Shown here: in pieces, positions 39,900 through 52,528 of the stretch
Layout: every line of letters begins with the position of its first letter
Position numbering within the stretch: position 1 is the first letter of the stretch
The notes under the pieces: generated by a model
The model's input: the letters and a program-made list of their open reading frames with translations, nothing else
Told to the model about the DNA's origin: nothing
Database searches by the model: none
DNA from: Octopus sinensis
Taxonomy: Eukaryota
Direction: 5' to 3'
Assembly: GCF_006345805.1 (NCBI RefSeq)
Contig: NC_043005.1
Location: 107,446,001 to 107,510,000, forward strand
DNA length: 64,000 bases
Program-made: the position numbers and the translations under genes

Positions 39900-41280
39900 C
39901 GCAAAAGATAAAACTAATACAACAGAAGTCTCAAATAAAATCCCATAACAAAACGTTCCGATACAATGCAATATCCCACCTCCCGCGCCAAAACAAAAAC
40001 AGCACAAACAATCCCACCAGCACATTGGTGCGACAAATGAGGCAATAGAAACATTCAGATGTCGAAAAGTAATAGTTGTGATAACGATGGTGACGAAGGT
40101 TACCATACATCACTTTATGGGAGACAGGAAATTGCAAAAACATCTGGTTGTAACAGTGAAAATGAAGCTGGACCTTTAAGGGAAGGGGTCTTGTTCGAGA
40201 GTGGATCAGTAAAGATGCAGACTGTCTACCGCTGTCATCCCAATACAGCATCAGTAGATAATACAACAAGGAGAAGAAGTGGGCTACCAGGAAAGCGGGA
40301 TATTGATACAGTGCTACTTAGAAGGTGAACCTAAAAGAAGGGGGCTATAGCAAACGGATGTTAACAACTTTGGTTAGAGAAGAGTATGCTTAAAGTGACT
40401 GAGCAGAGATTAGTTGATCAAGCTAATGCTGTTAGGAGAAGAAAGTGGATGACAGAATAGGAGGTAGAAGAGATCACAAGAGAACTGGGAAAGGAAGACC
40501 TTTGTAGTGGGAAAGACAAATAAGAATATAAGAGATACATTTCAAAGCAAAAGAGAACCTAAAGAAAAAAATATAATATAGCGCTACCAATAAGGAAGGG
40601 ACAACTGGTATCAACAACTTAAGTGATTTAAATGAGGAAGATCAGAAGATTTTAGATGAGGTGCAGGAAGTAATGAATAAAGAAATAAGAAAAAAGATTG
40701 CCAGCATTAAAAGACATCAACAGAAGGAAGCTACAAGAAATTACTAGGAAAGTAGATTCTGGTATCAGAAGGATAGATACTAAAACTATAGAAGACACTA
40801 ACTTGTTGATCTATGCAGGAGCAGTAGTAGTCACCAGAAGATTAGATGTCTCACAGGGAAAGATTAAAAAACAGCAAACGTGGAAAAGGAAACTACAAAA
40901 TAAAGTGGAGACTATAAGACAAGATCTGAGTGGAATAGAAACTTGGAAAACAAACAAGTTGGGAAACACAAGATACGAATCTTGCCTCGAGGAAAATACT
41001 CTGTCAAAGAGAAAGGAGTTGGGAAATAATACAAGAGTTAAAACAGTGTATCATTGTAGTAGCAGGCAAGATCTCCAGATATCAGAAAAAAGATCAATGA
41101 CAACAGAATAGATTATTTGAGACATACCAAAAAATATATAGTGGAGAACGAAGTACTGAAGATTAGAAACCTAATGCAGAGAAAGCTAGAAAGTTTTGGA
41201 GTAATATTTAGGATACAACTGTCAACCATATGGAGATGCAGAATAGTTAAAGAATGTGAGGTGTTGACATTCAGTTATTA
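39900..41280 (+). mobile_element. R4/Dong-clade non-LTR retrotransposon, N-terminal ORF remnant
   Basis: EPKRRGYSKRML, VTEQRLVDQANAVRRRKWMTE.EVEEI, LPALKDINRRKL, EDTNLLIYAGAVVV, WKRKLQNKVETIRQDLS. Contains stops and frameshifts. A (TAA)n-like tract lies upstream. Confidence 0.75.
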
Positions 41281-41695
41281 CATCGACGGCTCTAGTCAAC
41301 TGGTAGAACATTCCCAATGTCAAGGCCTAAGATGAGCTTCACCAAGATACGAACACAGAAGATAAAGAGACAAAATTAAATACAGTAAACCATTTTTTGT
41401 CTAATGTTTTATTAATACAGGCATTTTCACAACTAGTCGGAAACCATTTGAAAGAAGTCGATATAGCATAAGACTTTTCTTACCTACAGGCAGTAACGAA
41501 TATTTTGTAAGGCAGTGCGTTTAGATGAAAATAAACACACCATTTGTTATAGCTTTAAACTAACGATTTCTTTATAATAATGAGATATTTAATTCCTTCT
41601 ATAGTCCGTTGACAATATATATTATCGTATCGTCTTGCTTATATTTCCATTGAACACTGATGATGAAACTGTTATTGTTGCTGTGATTGTTGTTG

Positions 41696-41734
<39 letters not shown>

Positions 41735-41784
41735 TATTATTATATTATTATTATTATCATCATCATCATCATCATCATCATCAT

Positions 41785-42340
41785 TTTTGAGTAGTCTTAT
41801 TTTTATCACGTGCTTTAGCTGCTCTACTAAGCGCAGCTCTGTGTGCCTTGGGTATGTGTTGTGGTTTGTTGTGATGCTCTTTGAGTGAGAGAGCAGCGCA
41901 TGCCATCAAAGTGACACTGGGGTAAAATGTACAAAGCCCAATATACCCATCATCACTACTCGCCTGATAAGGGTACACCAAGCACATGCATCACAACCAT
42001 TTGTGCATGACATGGTGATCTTATATCAAGATAAACAGCACATCAACTTGCAACTGGGGTCCAGTTACACTTTTCTTGTGGTCCAGTAAGTTATACCGCT
42101 CAAAAGGTCCTTGAATAAAGGTTGTTTAAGGATGCTGAATGAAACAGCCATGTTTCCAGAGGTAAATTATTCAAACTCCAAAGATTTCCTCTCAGCAAAT
42201 GGATATGATGCTCCCGCACTACTTCTGCTCATGATGAGAGATGTTCATATTGTCAGACACTAAGGGACATGCTCAACTGGTTAAGGTAAAAAAACTGACG
42301 AGCAAATCTGTGGTATTGAGCAGAATATTTGCTGTAGCTA
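41785..42340. repeat. Unclassified interspersed repeat(s) embedded between (CAT/ATT)n and (CTT/ATT)n tracts
   Basis: Complex sequence sharply bounded by trinucleotide microsatellites. The left part reads like a LINE 3' end on the minus strand, running into (TGA/TAA)n. Repeat status is not provable within the window. Confidence 0.4.
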
Positions 42341-42352
42341 ATTCTTCTTCTT

Positions 42353-42383
<31 letters not shown>

Positions 42384-42395
42384 TTATTATTATTA

Positions 42396-42448
<53 letters not shown>

Positions 42449-42509
42449 TTTTTCTTCTTCTTCTTCTTCTTATTATTATTATTATTATCATTATTATCAT
42501 TATTATTCA

Positions 42510-43200
42510 TTTTGTAATCTCGGGTTGTGACGGAACTCCTAGTGTCTTGTGTGCGTAATGGGTTTACTACCTGCATCTTACGTTACCATGGTATCTGTTC
42601 TGTTCAGCTATCTGTAATTTCCTGATGATTCCGACCGCGGCAAGGAGGCAAAGATTTTGTAACAATTCTACCAGGCACTCTATTCCGATTTCCTTTATAT
42701 CCCTCTTCATGTCTTCTTACAATGTCTCCAAGGACCAAACAATAATTGGAACAATCTTCACTCTCTTCATTTTCTATTGTCGGCCTCTCTAGTAGATTGT
42801 ATATGCATAATTTTTCGCCTTCCTTCTTGACTAAATGTGGGTCATAGATACACGTAACATTTATATAGCACGTGTCTCACCTTGTCCACCACCACTAAGT
42901 CCGCTTCATGTGCTCAAGCATTTAATCTGTTTGCAGGACTTGGATTCTGCCACCCTGTGTGGCTTGTATGCATACCACGTCTTGCCTCTCTCTAGACACA
43001 TGTTACACCGTTTCCAATGTAGTCCTCATCGTGTCGCCACAACTAATGGTTTGGGGGTAACTCGAAGGTATTCATTCATGACATGGACAATAGTTTCGTC
43101 AACACTATTACAGATTCGGCACAATGGAGGCACTTGCTTATTCCTTAGGTTGACCTTAAATTGGTGGACAAAACGTCGTTTTACGCTGTTAGTAAGGTGC
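42510..43200 (-). mobile_element. R4/Dong-clade 3' end (CCHC zinc knuckle plus restriction-like endonuclease)
   Basis: PLCRICNSVDETIVHV and KMKRVKIVPIIVWSLG. The 3' end abuts a (TAA)n tract on the minus strand, consistent with Dong/R4 (TAA)n targeting. Confidence 0.75.
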
Positions 43201-43379
43201 TCTCGGTCTCTTTTCACCGATATTCTCTCAAAATAACACCTGTGGCAACAAGCTGCTGTCCGCTCTTACAGAATCAATCAGAACAAACAATCCGAGCCTT
43301 TTAACAACAACAACATCAATGAAAACAACAACAACAACAATTATGTTTATTATCATTGCTATTTTTACAACGCTATTAC

Positions 43380-44530
43380 ATGCTACTTTAATTATGCTTT
43401 GGGCTTTTGTAACAAGCTACCTCAGTTCATTTGAATCTTCCTTAGGATTCTTTGAGAGAAGCGGTTGACTCTTTCCTGCAGGTCTGTCAATTGCAATATC
43501 CATCAGCCTCTTAAATAAAAGACTCGGTTTTTTCCTGAGTTTACAAATTTCGACCGTTCTCACACACATTAGAGCACATTAATTTCAACACATCAATACT
43601 TTTAGGTAATGCATTCTTCCAGATCTTATTTTACGCATGATGTGAAGTTTCAATTTACCACATATGGACTTATGGTTCATACAACATTCTACACCCCAGA
43701 TGACTCGAACACCGCAGAAATCCGGAAGATGTTGTTTTCTGGCGCAAATGTTATCAAGCTTATGTGCATGTTCGAATCTTGGGTGTATCGAAGCATCGTT
43801 ATGAACATCCTTCTAACGAAAACAGTATTGCAAACGACAAGTTTAAATACAGTGCAAAACTGAAAGTGCAAACCACTACCGTTCATGTTGCCGCGACCAT
43901 ATTTACTTAATGCATCCCAGGTGACGCGATCAAATTGGAGACGGTGTTGAAAGGAGGAGGATCTTTTGGAATTAATGTTATAACATATCTAAGATCTTGA
44001 TAAAAAGATATGGTAGATTCAATGCTACTGTCAAGAGTGGTAACATAAATCGAAAGGTTAGTCATAAAGCGGTTGCTTCGTAAAGCAAGTAGGGCGGCGA
44101 GCTGGCGAAACGTTAGCATGCCGGTCGAAATGCTTTGCGGTATTTCGTCTGCCGCGACGCTCTGAGTTCAAATTCCGCCGAGGTCAACTTTACCTTTCAT
44201 CCTTTTGGGGTCAATTAAATAAGTACCAGTTACACGCTAGGGTCGATATAATCGACTTAATTCGTTTGTCTGTCCTTGTTTGTCCCCTCTATGTTTAGCC
44301 CCTTGTGGGTAGTAAAGAAATAGGTTCCTTCGTAAAGCAAGTTGGGGGCGCATGATTCTATCACAGAAACCATGAGATTCTTCTTTGTTGTAGGTCATCT
44401 CTGTAGAAATGGCAACCCACGTCTCGTTTTCCACCCTTTGGCTTGTTTCTGCCAATGGATCTTCATCACTCAACCAGGATTCTGAGAGAGCAGCAGTGTC
44501 AATATTGAGCCAAATCATTTCCTGCACATA
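43380..44530 (-). mobile_element. RTE (BovB-like) LINE remnant, endonuclease and RT pieces
   Basis: NIDTAALSESWL, DRIMRPQLALRSNRFMTNLSIYVTTLDSS..FYQDLRYVITLIPKD (AP endonuclease), and DLQERVNRFSQ (RT). Split by a SINE. Confidence 0.75.
44091..44322 (+). mobile_element. SINE family A, 20-bp TSD (1 mismatch)
   Basis: GGTTGCTTCGTAAAGCAAGT at 44071-44090 and GGTTCCTTCGTAAAGCAAGT at 44323-44342. Confidence 0.92.
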
Positions 44531-45497
44531 TCACTACTATTCATACATACATGCATGTATACATGCATACATGCATACATACATGCATGTATACATATAT
44601 ACATGCATGTATACATATGAGTCTGTATATACGTTTATGGGAGTGTGTTTGTGTTTTATCTGAGCCAGCGTGTATGCAGTATAGACTCTAAAAATTACAC
44701 TATTACACATTTGTCATCAAAATATTTGTCAGTTAACAGCAAAAGAATTTTCTTTTTTTTTTGTTTTTTAAAATCTTCGAACTTGCCTAAACACTCAATA
44801 ATCCTTTCCTTTATACATGGAGCTATTTAAAATTGATGCTCGGAGCTGATGAAAAGTGATGTATTATTTAAAAATTATGAACAAGTATAAATATTTAATG
44901 TAAGGTGGAATGTAAATATGAGGTTGCTGTAGTGATGATGGTGATGAAATCTGTTCTAAGTTTTGGAGTATATTACTTTCTGTTTTGTTTACAAATTTTA
45001 TTTCATCGTATTAGGGAGATGGGGTCATGGTAAAAGGGGATGGAGGTCTTAATGTGAGAGAAAAGAACATAGTGAGTGAAACGGAAGTAAAAGAAGATAA
45101 TGAATGAAAATTTGAGGTGGCAGAGATGAGGAGAGAGAAGAAGTAAATGCAAGGGATTACATTGGGAATCGAAGAGAAAATAAGATGAAATATTCGTGAG
45201 GGAAACAGAAATACAGAAAAGAAGAGACAGAGACAAGGACGCGTTAGAATAATGGGAGCAAATATTTTCTTAACTATTTCGAACCAACCCCACCACCACC
45301 ACCACTATCATTATCATCATCATCATCGTCGTCGTCATCGTCGTCGTTGTCGTCATCATCACCATCATCATCATCATCATCATCATCAACGACAACCAAA
45401 ATCCAGCCACAAACACGTATAAACGTACATTTGCTTACTAGTACATCGGTATCGACGTTTAAATATACATGTATACGTCCATAATTACATACATATA

Positions 45498-46330
45498 CGA
45501 GGTCTGCTCAATAAAAATCCAGACTGTTTGCCATAGTAACGATGCTAAAGCATGTAGAGTGAAGCCGCTTGGCAAAGACCTTACGCTATGATGTGCATAC
45601 GCACTAAGTTTTAACGTTCTAGCTCACTTCCACTGTTTACAGCAATGCTTGGAAGGAAAGTGCGTAGTGTGTGATCGTTGCAGTGCTCATGGCAGAGAAA
45701 GTTGTCATGGCAATACTTACTTAAAGGCCTACACAAAGTTGCAGAAAATTATGGAGAGGAGTATATGAGCCGCACACAAGTGTACGAGTGGTTCAAATAT
45801 TTCCAAGATGGCCGAAAAAGTGTGGATATTGAAAAACTTCCGAGAGACCCGCCATCAGTAGAACTTATAAAAGCGTCGCAGGTGTGCGTGTAGATGTGAA
45901 GGGAGGTCGTCGAATCATCATCCGTGAGTTTTCAGAGGATGTGCAGATTAGTTACAGTTTAGTTCAAGCCATTATCACTGACGATTTCGGTATGAGACGC
46001 ATGTTTGCCAAGTTTGTGCAAAAACTGCCTACAACTGACCAAAATAACACTCGGGTTTCAGTTGTGCAAGATCTCCTTGGTTGTGGCGAGAACGATGAAA
46101 ACTTTCTGAAAACTTTGCGTAGCCCTCTGAGCAGGTATTGCCAAGCTTTTGGCAAAATTTGATGCGTATTATTCTCTCTCTGTCATGAATGCAATGATCA
46201 CACGCTACACACTTTCCTTCCAAGCACTGCGCATGTACGGCGGACTGAAAGTCAATCTTTGCTAAGTGGTTTTACAATGCATGGATTAGCTTCGTTATTA
46301 TGGCAACAGTCCGGAAACGTTTCATAGATT
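45498..46330 (+). mobile_element. mariner-derived element made of two inverted 5' ends
   Basis: TA|CGAGGTCTG start and ~200-bp imperfect inverted arms. Plus strand: YGEEYMSRTQVYEWFKYFQDGRKSV...RRIIIREFSEDVQIS..MRRMFAKFVQKLPTTDQNNTRV. The right arm encodes the transposase start on the minus strand (RIKFCQKLGNTCSEGYAK). Confidence 0.85.
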
Positions 46331-46647
46331 GGAATTTAAATCCTAATTTCTTCAGAAATTTATTGTTTCAACAAAAAATTGAATTTAAATTACTTTTAAT
46401 TTTTACGATTATACATTACAACATGGGCAGTAATTTCTGAGACCGAGTCAGGCGCGTGTCAACGATGTCGTGAGAACATCTGCTACGAATAATATTTTTT
46501 GACACTAGCATGTCGGCCAGACGATGAACGAAAATAAATGAACTGCGACTAGATTCAATAAAAGGAGCTGCAAGTACATACATGAAGTCAGTGTTGGCAG
46601 AAATTAAATCAGCTTGCAAATATACAGCCCGGGTGTCGGAGTCGTCA

Positions 46648-46811
46648 CAGGAGTGGCAGTGTGATAAGTAGCTTACTTACTAACCACATGGTTCCGTGTT
46701 CAGTCTCACTGCGGGGCATCTTGAGTAAGTGACTTCTACCATAGCCTCGGGCCGACCAAAGCCTCGTGTGTGGATTTGGTTGACGGAAACTGAAAGAAGC
46801 CCGTCGTATAA

Positions 46812-46855
<44 letters not shown>

Positions 46856-47066
46856 CTGCTTGTGTGTCTGTTTGTGTGTTTGTCCCCCCAACACCGCTTT
46901 ACAACCGATGCTGGTGTGTTTACGTCCCCGCCAATTAGCGGTTCGGCAAAAGGAACCGATAGAATAAGTACTAGGCTTACAAAGAATAAGTCCTGGGGTC
47001 GATTTGCACGACTAAAGGCCGTGCTCCACCATGGCCACAGTGAAATGACTGAAACAAGTAAGGAGT
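46648..47066 (+). mobile_element. SINE family B
   Basis: Homologous to 8802-9175, with an internal (TA)n(GT)n tract. Confidence 0.9.
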
Positions 47067-47083
47067 AAACAGTAAATATATAT

Positions 47084-47125
<42 letters not shown>

Positions 47126-47180
47126 GGTTTATGCTGGTATCCAAGCATAAATACATTACGTGCATACATATATGCATACA

Positions 47181-47345
47181 TATTTCTTTACTCCCCACAA
47201 GGGGCTAAACACAAAAGGGACAAACAAGGACAGACAAACGGATTAACTCGATTATATCGACCCCAGTGCGTAACTGGTACTTATTTAATCGACCCCGAAA
47301 GGATGAAAGGCTAAGTCGACCTCAGCGGAACTTGAACTCAGAATG
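47181..47345 (-). mobile_element. SINE family A, 5'-truncated
   Basis: Reverse complement of the family A tail and body. Confidence 0.88.
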
Positions 47346-48414
47346 CATGAATACATAAGTATATACAGAGATACTTATATATGTCGACATACTTCGAAAT
47401 ACTTGAAGTTTCTTTGAATACATACTTGCTTTTACAAATTATAATTCCTAATCTCGTTCGTTTGCGTCACTGTAGCAATGGCCCCGATGGCCATATTAAA
47501 CTAAAGAACAAAAGAAATAGGTTAGAAATCATTCCAATAAATGGAAACGTACATACATGCATAAGAAGTATAAACATATAAATATTCACTCTCCAATGTA
47601 TGTACAAATTTATATATTTTATACATATACATACATGCATACAAGCATATCTATCTATCTATCTATCTCTCTATCTATCTATATATCTATCTACCTCTCT
47701 CTATATATATACATAATTGTGTGTATGTGTCTGTATAGAAAGGGAGAGGGGCAGAGAGTGAGATAATAGACGAGTGTACCTATATGTGAACGTTAATCCC
47801 CGTGTCTCTATGGGTAAGTGCGTGCATGTGTACGTGTCTATTAGTAACAATATATAATGTAATGTGTCTAAATTTATGAATATTTAGATTACATAGATAA
47901 TAAAACTTCAAAAAAATACATTTTACATTTCCTTTTAAATCTAGATGAAGGAACAAATAAATAACACACACACCAATAAAACAATAAAAACAACGGAAAC
48001 TAAAATAATGGACAAAGCTACAACAGTTAAACAACATCGAATGGGAATTAGCTTTTAACAAAGTAAAAGACAGCGCGCTGGTACAAATATTATAATTATT
48101 TAAATATGAAATTTTAATATGTTAAGATAGGAAACACCAAACATCCCATTAAGAGCGAACAACGCCAGAACAAAAATAAAATCGGTATCAAAGAACATAA
48201 TAAAAAGATACAATTTTAAAAATGTTTGATATACTTTACGCTTTGCCATAATTTTCCTGTCGTCTTGAAGTCTCTTACTGTTCCATATTTAGAAAATGTT
48301 TTGCAAAATTCTTTAGAATTTCACTCTTTCGGTATCAAAATTCGGAGGCAGATTGTTAAATAGCAAAGGATTAACGTATATATTCTGTATGAAAGTATGT
48401 ATGATGTGTGTTCG

Positions 48415-48578
48415 TACATACATACAAACATACATACATACATACATACATACATACATACATACACACACATACATACATACATACATACAAACAAACA
48501 AACATACATACATACATACATACATACATACATACATACATACATACATACATACATACACACACATACATACACACG
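48415..48578. repeat. (TACA)n microsatellite
   Basis: Read directly from the sequence. Confidence 0.95.
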
Positions 48579-48849
48579 TTTCAAACAAGTATAGAAGTTC
48601 ACAGCTTCTTAATGGTGGAGCATAAAGAAGCAGTTTCGAATATAAAAGATGAAATAATAATGAAAGTTTTAAAATAATAAACACGGCTTACTGAGTATGT
48701 TAAACATGATTAACCAAAAGAAAAGCGCTGGAAATAACATTTTAGCGTTGACAAATGCATGCCAGAGAATGCGTTTGATAAATAAAGGGCAGCAAGTTAT
48801 GTAGACTCCCAGCTAGGTCATAAATATATATGTGAGTACGTATGCGTTC

Positions 48850-50705
48850 ACTTCCCTGCCTCGGTTACCACCTTACCCTTCCAGCGCACCAGTTTCATTC
48901 GAGACAATCTGACACATCTTCCTCAACTTACACCCCCTCCTCCTAACGCGCCCTACGTGACCTTCTGGTCGGTAACTTCTTCCCCACTCCTGGCACCCAA
49001 CAAGGCTTCTTTCCTTGCCCTCACTTATGTTACCGCATGTACCCCATCCTTTCCAACACCGCTGTCCTCACCGGAACCCACAACCATTCCTACCACATCA
49101 CCGATTTATTCTCCAGCAATATAATCTACTGTAACCTCTGCTCTCTCTCTCTCTCTCTCTCAATCATTCCCTTTACATTGAAGAAAGCGCCCAGCGTTTA
49201 GCTGATCGATTTATCGAAGATCCCCGGGACATAATATTCAGTAATGAGACCATGTTCTCGCGCCACTTCCGCACGACAGATCATTTGCTACTACATCCTC
49301 ATGTGTTCGAACAGGACTTGTGCAGAGGCCACTCGGACTCCTGCCTCCGCCAGAGCAGAAACTTATTTTCTCTCTTCAGTCCTCAGTCCCCGTATGATCT
49401 CAAGTCCTCAACTCCACACACATTTACGCACACCACACACCTCCCACTTTCCACTACCCAACCACCTCAATCCCACACATCTACAATGTTATACCCTATG
49501 TCAAGACTACTCACTCCCATATGCCCCCTACAACATGCACATACAATCGCGAATACGTGCATGTACACGTACACACATTCTTTCCCACTTTTCACACATT
49601 GTCACTTACCTCCCCCCACGTAGCATGCATATAGTCACGCATCAACGCCTCCCAACTCCAGTCTCCTTTGACCCTTATCCTGCTTTGCACCTCCACTCAG
49701 GTTGACCTATATCTACCCCTTACAATACACATAGGTCAGATAGCCCGAACACACGCAAGTGCCCTTATACACACATATATATATACGCACAAACAGAATA
49801 TATGCACACATATCAACTCCATACGCACAAGCTTTATCTAACAGCCCAATGTATATACTACTGATTACAGGAACACGTACACTCGTTCACAAACATACAC
49901 ACGCATAAACACGTGCAATACGCGCGCACACAGCACTGTCAAACACACACTTTATGTACAAGCACACACATGCATATATATGAGAGACTGCTTTTTACAT
50001 ATACACACACATACACAGGTAAAAGAGATACAAGACACAATCACACACGCTACTTGTACAAAGTATGCACAAGTATGAACGCACACATTAGCAGATATAC
50101 ACATGCGTTTGCACACACACACACACACGCACACACACATGCGTTAGGCAGCATTACACCCTCTCACATATAAGGATACGTCAACACACATACATAAATA
50201 CACAGAGCACAGGCACACATCGTTCCACACGCGTACATGCTTACTCACACAGGCTCACATATACACTCATACACACGCACGGGCTTGTACATGAACCTAC
50301 ACACATTCGCAAAAATCTACATTCCCACATGCTTGTCAAAACGCACATACAGTCGTGCTCGCCCATACACACATATATATACACATGCACACATTATCCT
50401 CACACAGACACTCATACATTATCCAGGGGAATGTTGCCGTCCTTCTCTACCCCCCCGGCTCAAACTACTTCCACCGTCTGCTAAATTTCTGACGGGTAAC
50501 CGTTAATAGAGAAACGTTCTTTTTCTCTCAACTTCTTTTCCTCTCTCCATCTATTTTCTCTCTTCATTCTTTCTGCTGAAGTACATAGGCTCGAAACTTC
50601 AAAGATTCTTCCATTTTTTCTTAGTGTCAATACACATTGTTTGTTGTTTCCTTACCTGTCTCAGTCTCTTAGTTTTCGTGTCCTTTGTACAATTTTGAAC
50701 TATAT
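48850..50705 (+). mobile_element. Penelope-like element 3' portion: Cys-linker, GIY-YIG endonuclease pseudogene, CA-rich 3' UTR, hammerhead-like tail
   Basis: LRDLLV..QQGFFPCPHLC..LTGTHNHSYHITDLFSSNIIYCNLC..LYIEESAQRLADRFIEDPRDI..SRHFRTTDH..EQKLIFSL..PYDL (48953-49400), a Neptune-like layout. Degenerate hammerhead TCTTT-CTGCTGA..GCTC-GAAAC-TTC-AAAGA at 50568-50605. Ends AACTATATA. Confidence 0.85.
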
Positions 50706-50934
50706 ATAACAAAGGACCACTGATGCGGTCGCAGGAGTGTGAAGAAAGAACTCTGGCCGAAATAACATTAAGATTAATGTAAAAAATAAATAACTCTGAA
50801 GCAAAGTAACAGCAAATATATAGTGCGTGTGTTTATATTGGCTAAACTGGCAAAATGACCATTCCGAAATACAACAATATATGTTTCAACACACGACTTT
50901 ACATAAAAAATCTTGCACAACAAATATATAAACG

Positions 50935-50990
<56 letters not shown>

Positions 50991-51204
50991 CAATGTACGT
51001 TTAAACACATAAGGAATCCACTCGTGGTATTCAACACGCTAGAAAGAAAGGCTAGGTTCTATAACTACAAAATTAGGAATAAAATTCGACAGGAACGAAA
51101 TGAAAGAATAAAAAAAATTATCATTCAGTTTCTTGGACCAATTGGTTTCTGATTTGAGTTTAGCAAATAAATAATATTCGCTAGGTGAATATATATATAG
51201 ACGC

Positions 51205-51393
51205 CAAGACAGATCGTTAGCCACTACACTCATTTTTGTCTCTCCTTGTTTCTCTCCTTGTTTTTTCTATGTACCTTTCCGTAGAAGAGCCTAGGCTCGA
51301 AACTTAAAAGACTTTTTCTATTCCTGAGCGTTATACTAATACATCTGTTTGTTTTGTACACCCCCTGTCTCCGTATTTTGTTTTTCTCGTAAA

Positions 51394-51395
<2 letters not shown>
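51205..51395 (+). mobile_element. Penelope-like terminal fragment with a degenerate hammerhead (51275-51310)
   Basis: CTTT-CCGTAGA-A-GAGC-CTAG-GCTC-GAAAC-TTA-AAAG. Runs into (CT)n(TA)n. Confidence 0.6.
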
Positions 51396-51462
<67 letters not shown>

Positions 51463-51525
51463 AATAAAAAGTAAATGGAGATTGGGAAGTTGGTAATTGC
51501 CTATTATTAACAGCAAATTAATCAT

Positions 51526-51610
51526 CTCTTACAGCTGTTTCAATTAATACTCAGTAAATATTAAGTAAGTATTAAATTTAAATGACTTGAGAATAACATC
51601 TTCAGAGGAG
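51526..51610 (-). ncRNA. Hammerhead-like motif (long AT-rich stem II)
   Basis: Minus strand reads CTCCT-CTGAAGA-T-GTTATTCTCA...TGAGTATTAAT-T-GAAAC-AGCT-GTA-AGAG. A ~65-bp tail then ends in (TA)n. Confidence 0.6.
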
Positions 51611-52484
51611 AAAAAAGCACCCTTCGATGTTTTATATGTTTATGTATTCATTATTGCAGACTGAATGTTTATAATTTCTATTGTTATATGTTCAGGTGAG
51701 GAGTTTGCAGGTTGATTGGAGGTGAGCTAGAGTAGGTAAATAGAATTAGAACAATAACTGGATAGATTAAATAGAGATGATAGAGGAAATTTGAATATAA
51801 ATAAGGTAAGTTTATAGTTAATAAAATAAGGGAATGTTTGTTTATAAGATATAAATAAAGTTAGGAAAATCCGTATATATGCAAGTGCGCACGCATACAT
51901 ATAATATACACACATACATATATATAACCGTATGTATATATATGAACACAGAGACAAATGCATATACTCACACACGTACACCCATATCCGCGCATATACG
52001 TATGTACGCATATATAAACATACATGTATATGCTTAAATTTCCACAAACTTTTCCAGAAAACTCTTACCGAGTTGCAACATAACCATCCCAGTGGTGAGG
52101 GTTTGGTACAAGAGACGTAACTCTTAACCAGTTTCGTTTCATCATCATTTTCACAGCAACCACAAACCAGGTGTCTCTCTTCACATTTCACAATAAAGAG
52201 CAGTCACCATTTTTTTTTTCATAACGTCTACCTTTGATGAGCGCAGGGTTGCATAATCATGTATTTACTTAACGCTCCGTTGAATCCCGAGCGCGAAATT
52301 GATTGGTAAGACCGGTAGTAATGGATATATAATACAATACTCTACATTTCGAATAATATATCCACTTTTTTGACAGATATGCAAATGCATTTTTACCTGA
52401 CTTACGGATTCTTAGATGACTTACACACACATGTGTGTGTGTATGTTAATATTTATGTACATACGTACGTACATACCTATATAT

Positions 52485-52528
<44 letters not shown>

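Noticed and set aside
41650-41680. CTGATGATGAAACTGTT as an ultra-minimal hammerhead
   Set aside because: Only one base separates the core halves, so there is no stem II. It may be a deletion relic or chance.
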